Source: Bispira polyomma
Lineage: Eukaryota
Assembly: GCA_965649765.1 (NCBI GenBank)
Contig: OZ287758.1
Span: 20,894,001 to 20,958,000, forward strand
Length of the DNA stretch: 64,000 nucleotides
Direction: 5' to 3'
The position numbers and the translations under genes were made by a program. The notes beneath the pieces were generated by a model. It saw only the letters and a program-made list of their open reading frames with translations. It was not told the origin of the DNA and did not search any database. Positions 40,594 through 53,471 of this stretch are shown here, piece by piece (the stretch's first letter is position 1; each line of letters begins with the position of its first letter).

Positions 40594-43034
40594 GAAGAAG
40601 AATGTGGACCGTGATCATACTGCTACACACATGGATGTCAAATATCAGGGATGTGCATGGATATAGGGACATTGATAGCTACAAGAAAATTAAAAGTAGA
40701 GTGCATACTTCCGCTAGGGTGCCAGTGTGCCAAAAGGTGACTGGATGCTTCCTTGGCTCAAGCCTAATCTTCCAATCAAATTGCATGTAAATCGCATTGT
40801 CTGACAAACAAAAAAAATAAGGTACGTGGTTGAAACCGTAAACTCCTCAGTGAAACCATAGTTTTATAGTGAGTACAGACGCTCACCAGTATGCTTCATA
40901 TTACAAAAGCCAACCAATAGCATGTATTGACGGATATATTTATATGCTGATGATGTCATGCTGTAGATATGTTGTTTCCCATGCAAATTTGAGTGTGGCT
41001 GAAAGCATTTATTGTAGCTACCTGTCTTAAACAATTAATGTCAATTTTAAAATTTATTCTCACCTTCGACCACAGAGTTATAACTTTGAGCTGAAAGCTT
41101 TATGTGGATTTTAACGTATATTCTTGATGCAAGGCATATTCTAAAATGCGACATCAACAAACCATCATTCCTAACACATAGGCCAATTGATCACCACGAG
41201 TAAGCAATTTCATGTTAACATCCAAAGATGTTATTACCAAATTATCATTATGGAGTCGAAGCGGGGACCTTCTGATCTCCAGACCAACTCCCTTCCACTA
41301 GGCCACGGCAACCATTATTATTCAGACAGAATCTGAAAAACTTCTAGCCAAAGAAATGTCATACTATGTTATGTATTAACTGATTGTATTGATAAATTCT
41401 ATGATGCATTCCATCCATAGTTGTCTCCCGTTTATCGGTTGATCTGTTTCTGTTCATCAATTTTAAGTTGTTGATTCTGTTTATCATTTAATCTAGCCCC
41501 TAAAATATATCCAAAAATCGCACAAAAGTAATACTCAGTGTCAGTTTGTTTTACTCTTTATTTTTGTGAAACTGCTAATATACAAGATCTGAGTATTAAG
41601 GTACATACCGAGCTGATGATACGATTAATACATTGACACACAGTAATACATTTAAATCAACTTACAGCTTGAAAAATAGGCTTTTTTGTCGAAACAGACA
41701 GACACTGTGACACAACAGTATGAAAGCTGTCTTTGCTTGAGGCTCATGTTTGCAGAAAGTATTATTTGTTTGGAAACTAATTCAAAATATGTATAAATTA
41801 TATTTATTATACATAATGTGCTCATATAAGTCACAGATTTTTCAATCTTTACAACAAGTAGACATGGAAAAAGTTTTTACTCATATGAGCACATTATGCT
41901 AAAATACATTCATATTTTGAACTAAAAATTCTAAATTGTATGAGGCTTTCTATCAAATATAAGTCTTAAGCGAAGCTATGCAAAAACTATTTTTGATTAA
42001 TCAACAAAATAATAGATTAAAGGTTACATTTGCTTAAGTTTTAGTTTAAATGTGTTAATATACACCTAAAACACAGCAAATGTAGAAATGTAGCTGGCAT
42101 ACAATTTATGCTTTACAATTTGTGTAATTTACTGAGACTAATTTGCGTACAAGACCCATTTGAATAGACATGCCATTGGTACCGGAAATAAAATTTTAGT
42201 GAATATATACATTAGTACTGTAGATTGGTCACTTATCAGAATTGTTAAAATAGATAATTGATTTGTGTGACATAAGTTACAATAAGTTTACTACAATACA
42301 TTGGAAATTATACTTATCTTACAATAACTCCCAGGCCTTTGGAGTTATTTGTCACAATCAGTTGAATATAAGAGGCTTGGGTGAACAAGCAAACTATATA
42401 CATGAGTGCATTGTTATCATAACTGGACTTTGTCTTGATTAAATGTTTTTTTACTTTTGAACTGTTCACAAAATTATCTGTTTGGATGGATTATTAAGAT
42501 AACACATTAATATCAAGATATTAGTGTAGCCATATTGTCATTATTTACCAATGCTGAAATATACAGAGCACAACGCTAAAAGCGCAACACTGATTAAGTG
42601 TGCGATGGATTTTACTGAAATCTGTATCAGATAAAAAACATAAGTTAAAGCCAAGGTGTACAAGGTGTAAAGGATTACGCAAGAGATCTTAAGGCAAGTG
42701 CTTTAATTTTACCTACTTCTCAGCATTTAAAATGCATTCAACACGCGCCATGAGCACGTCTATACAGCAAATGAGGAACCAAATAGCTAGGGATCGTTGC
42801 ACATATTCTAAAAAAATTGTCATATTTTTTATAGGAAAATCACAGGTACAAATCACAACTGAATAAATTATGTATTTAATACATAACAGATACTTCTCAA
42901 ATTATATGACATATGTACAATACAAAGGGGTTTGGAAAAGTGTTATTAACTGAACTGAAAGGTCTCATTTTTAGAACATGGTTCAGCAAAAAACGCCTTA
43001 AAGCATATCTCTAAATGGAGGTACGTAGCTACAT

Positions 43035-44370
43035 AATAATAATAATAATAATAATAGAAGCATTTATAAAGCGCAAAATTGATTAAAATCCTCTAATGCG
43101 CTGAATTTTAAAAAGGGATTGTCCGTTATTGAGCGAAGATCGTTACCAAGTGAGCGCCAACAGAGGAAGTAACTAAGGTGGGGGATATGCCAGTCTGATC
43201 AGGTGGGTCTTAAGCTGGCTTTGAAAACCTGATAGTGTCTGCTGGGCTCTGACATTTTGTGGCAACCTGTTCCATTCTGCCTGTGCAGTGACAGCAAAGC
43301 TGCGCCTTCCAATTTTTCGTTCAGGGCAAAATGAAACAGATAGTCTATTTCCCCTTGTGAGGCTGCTGTACTTGATTCAGGAATATAGGTACGGAGGTTG
43401 CGAATAGTTAATAGCCTTGAAAACTAGCAGGTTGTACTTGAAAAGGATGCGATGTTCAATGGGAAGCCAGTGGAGTTTTGAATGTAAGGGGTGACATGGC
43501 TGAATCTGCCAAGCCTGTAAACAATGCGAGAACATTTTGGACTCTCTGGAGTTTGGCAATATTCGCCTTACTGACCCCATAGTAAAGAGTTGCAGTAGTC
43601 CAAGCGACTACTGACCATAGCATTTGCCACAAGAACTTGCCACATGTTTCCTCTTAAGATGTTTTGCAGCAAGAATGTTGCTGTTCATGAATCCAGTCTC
43701 AGGATGCTTAGGTACACTCTTCCTCTTCATTAGGGCATGCTTGTCAAGGCAGGGTAGTAAAATGTTGATGGCTGAGAAGACTAGAGGTTTTGTGGGGACA
43801 TCAAATTAGGCCAGAACGAAGGATGGCTGACCTAAAGTCTAAGATATTTATTTTATGAATTCTCCGAAAGTTGACCAACTTACCAACTCTTTAACTGGAA
43901 TAGCAACAGTAAAGGTGATTGCCATGCGATCTGATAGACCACCTACAACTTTTGAGCAAACGGCTGGCGAAAGGGATTCCTGACGCACAAAACATCCAGG
44001 GTGTGGCCGTGAATGTGTGTAGGGGAATTAATCAGTTGAACAAAATTGTATTGTTTGAGAGTATCATTAAATTTTAGTGACCAGGCATCCTGTTTGTCCG
44101 AATGAAAATTTAAATCGCCCAACAGAATATTTTCAGAGCTTGATAAAGCAGCACCCTCAAGGAACAAACCTAGGTCATTCAGGAACTTGGCCTTTGAGAC
44201 ATCAGGTGGCCTGTACAACACATGGAAGACAACCTCCTGAACACTGCCGGTTATTGTCCAAACGGATACGTTTTCAAAGGTTTCAGAGCAGGACGGTGAC
44301 AGCGACTTAAAGCACAAATCTTCACAAATAAAGAAACCAACCCCACCACCCTTCTTGATGACGTGGGGTA
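43035..44370 (-). mobile_element. Decayed L2-clade LINE with a large internal deletion
   Basis: APE endonuclease motifs (GGGVGF, LYRPP, LGDLNFH, PTHIHGHTLD) join near 43640 directly to the ORF2 C-terminus (SSRLDYCNS, LHWLPIEHRI, LKTHL); (tat)n tail at 43035-43057. Confidence 0.85.
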
Positions 44371-45776
44371 CAAAAATGAAAAATTTCTAGGAAGTTGTTT
44401 GTTAAACAAAGGCTTGTAGTAGTGAAAGGTGAAATGTCAATCACAGCAGACAATAAATAGTGGCAAAAAAAATGTCAATCACATAGAACGATAAGTAGCC
44501 CAAAAGTCAGTATATAGACAGTAATGACTGTGTGAAGGCCAAAAATAAAATAAACTCAAAATAAAACATGACATAAACCATAAGCCATAAGATTCTAAGA
44601 TATACATACAACTATTCAAGTGCAATTGACCTGTAATTTAACATTTACAGTTTTTCCATGCTTTTGCAACATTCCAACGAAACTTATGTGACATATAGAG
44701 GCCTAAGATTTGATCTTTGTAACAAGTCTAAACAAAACGACACTAATCCCATTTTCAAGTATCAGTTTATACAGATAATACACAACTATGTACAATAACT
44801 AGCAATCTACAGTTTATCACAATTACACTTTAGTACATATATGTTTGTATTTACAAGCATTTGATCATATCCTATAGCCAAAATGACCAGAACTTTATTA
44901 GTCTCAGCCAATCAGATCCTTCAAAAAAATATTTTCAGTCAATCAAATTGCTGGATACAAAACTTTAACAATAAGAATTTTTGCAGAGTAATCATATAAA
45001 CACTGTCCTAGAGAACAAAAACATTCACAATCTGTGATGTCTTTGAAAATGTTTTCAATTAAAACAGATTAGATCTTCTTAAGATCTAAGATTTTTAATT
45101 AAACCAAGCAACTGATCGTTTGATAGCATACACATTTGAATGCTACTTCAACAACTTTTACAACCACAAAGTAAGATCTTTTTTCAAGTAAGTTTAAAAT
45201 GGATTACAAATAATGGACATTTATTCGATTGTGGATAGAAGAAGCATATCACACTACATATAACAGTCTTTATATCAATGTTTTAGTATGGTATTTTATC
45301 ACCTGTACTGTTCATAAGGTTCCATATCAGGTTGCTGGTAACCATACAACCATAATAACACTCTTTAGGTGCACAGTTAATATAACTGTTTACATAAGGT
45401 TATTATGAGTGCATTGTGGGCACATGCAAGCTTTCACTTAAACAGTGAAAGGGCTATGTAAATATGTCATACACTTGTAGTCAGTTAGTCAATCCAGAGT
45501 CACATTCCTCCAAATCTTTGACACAAGTTATAATACATTTTGCTCTGTCGTGTCATTGGTAGTATTACATCCAGGGCTCATTGCATATACTAACAGATTC
45601 TGCTAAAAGCAAGTATAAAATAAGATGCAAAAATATCAGGCAATATTTGACAAACAAAACTCCAGTGAGTTCTAATTTGTGTTTATAGAAGAAAAAATTC
45701 TTCCGTTTGCTGATGACACTAATGATTTCCTAGAATGAACTGGTTATGTACAGCTGATAGGTGAATCCAACACTTG

Positions 45777-45965
45777 TTATCCAAGAATGTAGGATAACCA
45801 GTATATGAGATTGAATGATAAGAATGCCAGTGGAAACAGTTTTCTGGAGAGCTTATCAATATGTCTCGCTTTCTGTCTACTTTCTGGATCACGGAATAAC
45901 TGGCTCTGGTCTGGAGGCTCTCTGGCAGTCTTATAATCTCTTCCATTGTGTGTCACTATGTTGAT
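45777..45965 (-). CDS. Channel terminal exon: end of M3-M4 loop and M4
   Basis: ttttag|ATC gives INIVTHNGRDYKTAREPPDQSQLFRDPESRQKARHIDKLSRKLFPLAFLSFNLIYWLSYILG*; IDxxSRxxFPxxFxxFNxxYW M4 motif. Confidence 0.92.
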   Translation of the reverse strand: MNIVTHNGRDYKTAREPPDQSQLFRDPESRQKARHIDKLSRKLFPLAFLSFNLIYWLSYILG

Positions 45966-46004
45966 CTAAAACAGTAAATAATAAGACACTATAATTGTGT
46001 ATTA

Positions 46005-46340
46005 GTTTTAGTTTAAAGCGGATTTTAACACATTGGTGTCATATCATGTAAGGGAGAGGGGAAGGACGGAGAAAGCCCGGTAGCATAGTGATTAACACAC
46101 TTTCCTGTCACCTCTGAGGTTTTGAAAACGACGTTAAAACCAAACAATCAATCATATCTTGTATGTAAGGCAGTTCACTGGTGAAGGAAATCAGAACTGA
46201 ATAGTTGTTCAATGTGTTTTGCTCAGCAAATCACCGGTCTTCAGAAAAGTCTTCTGCCAACTTGCTCACAAACATAGCCAAGATTCGAACCCACAACTAC
46301 AATGGTGGAAAGGAAGTGTGTAACCACTACACCACCACGA
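46005..46340 (-). mobile_element. tRNA-derived SINE with a short plus-strand SINE remnant nested at about 46073-46152
   Basis: gattcgaaccc box B and taaccactacaccac box A region on the minus strand; nested ggtagcatagtgattaa...gacgttaaaaccaaacaatcaatca. Confidence 0.55.
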
Positions 46341-49300
46341 ACCCTAATTGTGTATCAGATGCACAAAAATATATTCTAGAGACGAACCAAATTACTTGTA
46401 AACAAGAATTAAGACATTTAAATTGAATTTAATACAGAAGCCAGTGCTATTTTGTACGGAGAGGTATCGTATGTGAGCGAGGATCAGATTTACTGGTGGG
46501 TGCTGTGTGCAGATAAGAAAAAGGGGGTTAAAAATAACTTGTTTTGTTTAAATTTACATACCAAAACATCAAGACACAAACAACACAATGTCTTAGATTT
46601 CAGTATATTTTTTTCGTAAATTTTGAACTATTGATGAAAATCTTGTTTTACATATATACCATTTAGATAAAACGTGTAATGTGGATCTTTTACAATTTCA
46701 AATATTAGTAGCAGCGCTAAAATGTACTTAGTGTATGACTTCGTACTGCTCTTCATTTTATATTTAGCCCAGTATCTCTCTCCTTTTTGGGAATTTAAAA
46801 TGCTAATTTACTTCTTATTGATTGCATGAGTGTAGACATCTGTAGCAACTGTATATGATATCCGAGTATGTTTGTTGAACTTCAAAAACTTTGTTATTTA
46901 AGCGAATATATTGAATAAGCCCGGAAACAACAACAAAAAGTTAGGGGGTATATCATGCAGATAACATTAAAGTGGCCAATAAACCACATGCCAATAGAGT
47001 CTTATCTGTGCTGAGCTGGCAGATTCGGCCAAAAGTGTAACTGACAGAATCAATGGCAGTAATTTGGAGGTGATTGCCAGATCTATTACCAGTAAAAATA
47101 ACCTGTAAAATCATTTCTAAGACATAAAAGATGGAGAAAAAAGGGAGAGTTGTAATCTGTGAGGGTGCTGCAATAATTCACACTCTCGGCCTATTTAGTT
47201 GGAAAATTACTTGGATGCTGTTTATTGCACCCCAGTGTTATTAAATAATGGGCTCTGATGATTATGGTCCTCATAAAGCTGCCAGGTTACCTAAAAGTGA
47301 CTGTGGATAGTTAACTTTGATAAAAATACTGATAATTGATTATGTAACACACTGTAGTTTGCAGTATGGAGACTAACTGAATGAATAGTCTCATTTTTTT
47401 ATCTTTGAATGTTTACACTAATAAAATTACACGCCCCATACCAGATTACATAGATTTTTAGGGTCAACACTGTGTAAAAACTATCGCATAGGGAAGATTT
47501 TTAATAAATTGATTTCAAATATGATTTAGCAACATGTTTAAAGCTCCCGAAATCTTTGCAAGGAATTTAAGTTTAAGTATTTATCTATTAAGCTTAGTTT
47601 ATAAAAAATAATTATCAGATACAGTCTTGTTTTGATTCTTAAAAGGGCGCCGCCATCTTTAAAAAGGGTGCCACCATCTTAGAAATATTATGTAAGGCCT
47701 TCATGGATTAGTTTAAAGAAAATCGACCTATCCAAACTGAGGGGGTGTGAGAGTGCCTATGTATGCAGTGGTCATATCAACGTTAGTGCATTTTCACACG
47801 GTGCCCCTGTGTCTTTTTTAAAAGACAACCCTTGTTTTACATTTATATTGACTTTTATCCAAATATGGCCAATGATAATATTAAAAGTTTTGCAAAAAAA
47901 TTGATAAAATAAGGTTACTGAACTGAAAATATGTAGCACATACACATTTCCAAATCTATTGTAAATATGATTGTCTATCAATAGAGTACTGTGCTTTAGA
48001 TTGTTGGTGATATTTTCATTCTTTTATTTCTTTTTAAACCAGAACTAGATATGCATATCTAGAAAGACAGCATAGGCAGCTGAGGTAAATGACCTTTGGC
48101 CAAATGAAAGGTTCTACATGCTGTTTAAACATGCATGACACCATCCCCTGAAAATCCCTTGTCATGTCCCACACTTTTCTGTGTTTGGCATCCCTTTTTT
48201 ACTCAAACCCAACCCTATGTTTACAATGCATTTTTCATGAGCTTTCCTTTTAAGCTAATTTAGTTATTGGGTTTTGGCGTCACTCAATTTAAAAAAAAAA
48301 AAAAAGAAAAAAAAGCAAAAAAAAGCACAATGGTGTTCAAGTCATTTGGGAGGTAATTGCTAAACAGATTCAACATTGTTCTTTATTAAAACCGATCTCC
48401 ACCATGCAACATCGTCATAACAGAGTAATGTTTGCTTTCGTCACTGTCAGTGTAAAACTAATCCATCACTGACATTTAAATATAGATAAATTTAAATTTT
48501 ACAAGCTCACACATAATTAAGTATTTGACACTGAATATTGTAAGGGTTAAACGAGAGTCACCATCAATCTAGATTCAATTCAGATGCATTACATGCACTG
48601 CCAGCAAATAGTATATGATAAATGCTTTACTAAATCGTAATGTTAATTTACAGTCACTTAAATCTATTATGTTTTAAGTAGGTTTCAAAGAAGCTTGAGT
48701 TTCCATCAGTCTCAAAAGTATCAGACTTCTCACCTTTGTTGTTATCGAATCATAAGATGTACACAATGACTTCAGAATAACTTATTCTCTTATAAATAGT
48801 AGTCCACTCCTTAGTGGTATGCGTAGCTGCTTAGAAGAGTCATATGTGAGCAGGTATCGGGTACATTGCGTTACCCTTATATTCTTTAAGGTGACTAAAA
48901 CTCAGCAGACAAAGTAAATGATTTTAATAAAATTTGAATCTATTTGAGTTTTAAGTCGCATTCAACAGCTTTAGTCCTATTATAATGGAGTAGTGTGGGG
49001 GGGGGACCTGTGCTACTGTTAACAAACGACATACGGAAAATATCTTACAAACTTTCTCACACAAAAAAAATCTGTGGGATTCGATTCCCAGAGGTGATAT
49101 GCCAGTGATTTTAAAGCAGACGTTTATAACCGGGACCATAACCATAACCGCTATATGGGTACATTGTCACTACTCATATGTTATTTAAGGTGACTAAAAC
49201 TCAAAAATAATTTATTAATCTTAAATATATTTATTTATTCTTATATAACCAACAGGCCATGTTAGTAGTTATGCAAAACTTTTTTTGGAATTTTGAACAT

Positions 49301-50596
49301 GGATTTGGCAGTTGATTTAATATAAAGGAGACCCACACTTGAAGTGTCTATTCGAACCCTATAATTTGAAGTATTACACAGCTCACGTCTTTTCACCTTA
49401 AGTTACAGTTTCCTAACTACACCAGTGAAACTGTATGACGTCATATCCTGTTGAGAATCATTCATTGGCCCCCCTACAAACCCTAATCGGTAAAGTGGCA
49501 GTGAGGTCATTAACGAAATGAACACTTAAACTTTACCTTGTGCAAAACAATAAAAATTTGGCTGTGTGTTGGGCGAGGTGTGGGGGGGGGGGGGGAGGGG
49601 AGGCCATAATGGCATTTTACAAAGTTTTAGATATCCGAGATAAGTTTGCCATCTTCAATTTACAAAACCAATGGGGCAATAAAACTACATACTTCAGTGA
49701 ATATTTCATACCAACAATTTGGACCCAGGTGGGGTAGTGCTGCTGAAGTTCTGGGAAAATAGCTTCAGGAACGACAACATTTTTTAAAGATTAGAAGTAA
49801 AAATAAAATTTGGACTTTATCAAAGTAGAATACTAATAGACATTGGTTTCTTTAAAAGGTTGAAAGCTGAATAATGAATTAATTAATAATCCACGACATT
49901 TTACTGTGACATTTCACTTTTACAATCATGCTAAAATTCCCGATAAATCGTTGACAGGGATATATACGGTATAGTATACCATCAACATCTGCTAATGGAC
50001 AAATAATTGCACTCAAATAAGTTACAGCAAATAAGAACACATTATTATCTTGAACTAAATAAACAGAGAGTTAATTATTAATAATACTATTTTATTATAC
50101 ACTAAGATACACCCTACTCTGCTGGTAAAATATTTTATATCACACAGCGCCCATAGAAATAGATATGAAAACTGCATTAATTACAAAAATGCTTTTACAA
50201 AAAATACTTTGGAGCTGTTTTTATACATCCACTTACCCAAAGTATGAAAAATATTATGAGAATATTAATAATAAATATAAATCTTAATAATTTTTAGGGT
50301 ATTCTTACTACATGGTAATTTGAGGCCAATTCTGCCAGGTAACAAATCAATGCTTTCTTTGTTTACAATTTTCTTTAGCATGTACATATCAGCCAATGGG
50401 TCTATTTGCACTTGTTCTAGTTGACATAAGTAGTAAATAATTACAGTTAAATAAGTGTATAATAAAAGTACATTAAATTACATAACTCAAGAACATAAAT
50501 ATTTTCTCACAGTTAATGATGACTCCAATGTATATTGTGTTTTGTATACCCTACCTCTGAAGTTGTTATTTTTATTTATCAACATGGGTTTGTTAC

Positions 50597-50758
50597 CTGT
50601 TCTAATGCTATTTCTTCATCCCGAGGTGGCCCTCTCTTTCGGAATTCTCCTCTCCGACTGCTTTTAATCTCCTTTCGAGAATAAACATTGACCACAGCAA
50701 ATTCTAGTAGAGACGCAAAGACAAATATGAGGCAGACCGACATCCAAACATCAATAGC
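50597..50758 (-). CDS. Channel exon: M3 and start of the intracellular loop
   Basis: gtag|GCT...CAG|gtaac; AIDVWMSVCLIFVFASLLEFAVVNVYSRKEIKSSRRGEFRKRGPPRDEEIALEQ, 162 nt. Confidence 0.95.
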
Positions 50759-51048
50759 CTACAATACAGGAAGTTAATTAGATTGAAAGTACTGTGGTTG
50801 GTGACAAGTATTAGGCAGACAGACATTCAGACATCAATAGCCTACAAAACAGGAAGTTAATTAGATAGAAAGCGGGTGGTTGGTGACAAGTTTGAGGCAG
50901 ACAGACATCCAGACATCAATAGTCTACAATACAGAAAGTTAACTAGATAGAAAGTGCAGTGGTTGGTGACAGATATAAGACAGACTGACATTTAAACATC
51001 AATATCCTACAATACAGGATGAAAAATGCAGTAAAATATTAGGCAGAC
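50730..51048 (-). repeat. Acceptor-junction tandem array, ~83 nt x 4
   Basis: ggcagac.gacatcca.acatcaatagcctacaatacaggaagttaattagat.gaaag..ggttggtgaca at about 50731, 50814, 50897 and 50979; each unit is intron end + AG + first ~28 exon nt. Confidence 0.92.
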
Positions 51049-51066
51049 GTCTGTAACTTTATCTTA

Positions 51067-51707
51067 TATCCTGGTCACACCTACACGTTCTAGAGCTACG
51101 TTTGTGTCACGTTTTGTGAATTTAGGAAACGTTTTGAAACGTGGTAGGAAGTGAGGATCCCTTCTGTGATCGTTTCTTTACGTTTTCAGACGTTTTACGA
51201 TGGATGATATCGTTCCGGAAACGTCTCTGTTTCGTCTTTTTCGTGTAGTGTTTCAAACTGTTTGAAACACTACAGAAACAGCTCCCGTTTCTTCCCGTTT
51301 CTCAGTTCATCCCCGAACGTATCTGTAAGTAGCATAGACGTATCAGTAAGTAGCTATATGTAGTAGTAGATAGCGAGGAAGTCCCAGTAAGTAGTGAGAT
51401 CGTCTCCACTCGTTTACTAAGCAGCAGAACGAAGCAGAACGCTCCAGTAAGTAGCTGTACAGTAGCTACACCTAGTAGTAAGTAGTGATATCCTACCAGT
51501 AAAGGGCCCGTTTTTGCCCCGCTCTGTGTGTATAAGTACCAACATCATCACGAAAAGTCATGAAACGTCACAAAAACGTCACAAAACGTCACAATCGACT
51601 ACTCCTTTATGTAAATGACGTCACTTTGACACAGAACTACCACATTTTCACTGTATATTGATTGGGTATGTTGAGGGACATTAACACGTGTAGGTGTGAC
51701 CAGGCCA
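51067..51707. mobile_element. Non-autonomous DNA transposon (PIF/Harbinger-like MITE)
   Basis: Perfect 19-bp TIR cctggtcacacctacacgt (51070) / acgtgtaggtgtgaccagg (ends 51704); tta/taa flanks; CpG-rich interior with cgttt/aaacg and agtaagtag subrepeats. Confidence 0.8.
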
Positions 51708-51959
51708 TAAGTAACCCTTGGTAACGGTTTTTATATATGCCTATTTTGTACTCACCCATAACATTATATAATATAATTTAGCTACTGGTTCTATATGAAT
51801 TGACTGTACCTATACCTATATATACCTATATAAGAGATTATATGTTAGCTGAGCCCTGTTCCATACTTTATATATAAGAACTGCTGTGTACTGACACCAT
51901 TAATCCACATTATAATTATACCCACACCATACCTTTATACAAGAGTCTCAAGGTTTATG

Positions 51960-52220
51960 GAGCCGCGGTGGCCTAGTGGTTAGCAAGCATTTTGCTTCAC
52001 AATCACTGGTCTCTCACCTCTGGGCGGTGTGAGTGCGAATCCCGTCGATGCCTATGTGAGAAAGGTGGTAGTTGCTTACTGTGGGCTGCTGGTTTCAGTG
52101 CAGAACCTTGATCAACTGCATGCAGTGTTTCCTCCAGCTTTTCCAACTACCCGTCCCAATATAACCTAAACAGGTACTAGAGTGAACGTTAAATATCCAA
52201 ATTAAAAAAAAAAAAAAAAA
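51960..52220 (+). mobile_element. tRNA-derived SINE with poly(A) tail and 12-bp TSD
   Basis: Box A tggcctagtgg, box B-like gtgcgaatcc, A-tail 52204-52220, TSD tcaaggtttatg at 51948-51959 and 52221-52232. Confidence 0.85.
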
Positions 52221-52895
52221 TCAAGGTTTATGAAAAGGAGGGTGCTTTCTCTGGAGTGGAACTTTCTGTATGCAGATTGGTCTGATTTTACAGATTTATG
52301 TGCTAAGGTGGTCGGAAATTTGTTTTGAGACAGTTTTCTCAATGAGTTTAAAGACAAAGCTGAGCACAGTGGTCTATAAATTTTGTCGAGCCTTGATTTT
52401 TTCAGTAAGGGGGTAACATAAGCGGTTTTGAAAGAAGAGGGGAAAATACCACCCTGAAGTGAAAAATTTATAATATTAATAATAGTTGGGATAATGGCAA
52501 GGAATCTATCTTTGTAACCCAGAGATGGTGGGCAGAAATGAGACATTGTTGAAAACCAACGAATTTTTCAAATTTCTGTCCTAAAAATGTGAGGCAGTGA
52601 TTATTGGGCAAAGCTGTGGTTCTGATGTTAGATGGAGTAGTTTATTGAGTTTTAAAACTTTTATTAATCAGAGAGTCGTAATGCTCTCTCTTGGCCTTAG
52701 CCATCAACATATTAAAGTGGTTTGTGGCGATTTTGTAGTGCTTTCTGTCAAATGGCGCTTTGGTGTTGATCTTTATGTCGTTTGGCTTCCTTGATGGCTG
52801 AGTTGGTCCATTTTCTTTTCTTCTATGCAGCATGCCTGTTAATGCTGGAGGTATGATTATAGTGTACACTGAAGCTGTCATCGAACAATTTGTCA
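52221..52895 (-). mobile_element. Decayed L2-clade LINE fragment (linker and RT N-terminus)
   Basis: IINFSLQGGIFPSSFKTAYVTPLLKK..YRP and QSAYRKFHSRESTLL motifs with frameshifts. Confidence 0.8.
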
Positions 52896-52899
52896 ATGT

Positions 52900-53270
52900 A
52901 GTGCTGTTGACATTATGTTCATATAATAGACTCTAGGTAGCTCTGTTAATATATATATATAATCAATGTAAAAACAGATCATACCTTTATATAAGAGACC
53001 CTGGGTAACTGTATTAATAGATATAATCAATGTACAAACCATACCTTTATATAAGACACCCTGGATAACTGTGTTATTAGATATAATCAATGTATAAACA
53101 AACCATACCTTTATATATGACACCCTGGGGAACTGTATTAATATATATATATATAATCAATGTATAAACAAACCATACGTTGATATAAAACACCCTTGGT
53201 AGCTGTGTTAATAGTTAAAACGATGTATAAACACACCATACCTTGATATAAGACACCCTGGGTAACTGCG
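52900..53270 (-). repeat. Donor-junction tandem array, ~62-75 nt x 5-6 (older units continue at about 51720-51950)
   Basis: atataatcaatgtataaacaaaccatacctttatataagacaccctgggtaactg units are copies of CAG TTA CCC AGG GTG TCT TAT ATC AAG|gtatgg. Confidence 0.92.
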
Positions 53271-53471
53271 CCCTGGCCCCAGCACTCTGTGTAGTCATGG
53301 TGAGGACGGTGAGTAGACCTATGGTGACACGTGCTGGAATGGCGTCTACAGAGATCCAGAAAGCTACCCAGGAGAGGATGACAATGAGGACAGAGGGGAC
53401 GTAGAGCTGGATCATGTAATAACCAATGTCTCTCTTCAGGACAAACTTGATCTCCAAGCAAGGATAGGCAC
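53242..53471 (-). CDS. Channel exon: end of loop C, M1, M2 and M2-M3 linker
   Basis: attag|GT...AAG|gtatgg; (G)[76 protein letters not shown], 230 nt. Confidence 0.97.

Noticed and set aside
45719-45946. 75-aa ORF MEEIIRLP...
   Set aside because: Wrong frame of the terminal channel exon; the M4-encoding frame is 45777-45965
48734-48769. 36-nt in-frame cassette exon in the M3-M4 loop (SLCTSYDSITTK|gtgaga)
   Set aside because: Weak acceptor (gaag, poor pyrimidine tract); cannot be supported without transcripts
48859-49203. 46-nt direct repeat pair with ttaaggtgactaaaactca (Kolobok-like end)
   Set aside because: Probably TE terminal remnants, but no complete element could be delimited
51960-52050. 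tRNA gene
   Set aside because: Box A/B are present but followed by a SINE body, poly(A) tail and TSD; no convincing cloverleaf
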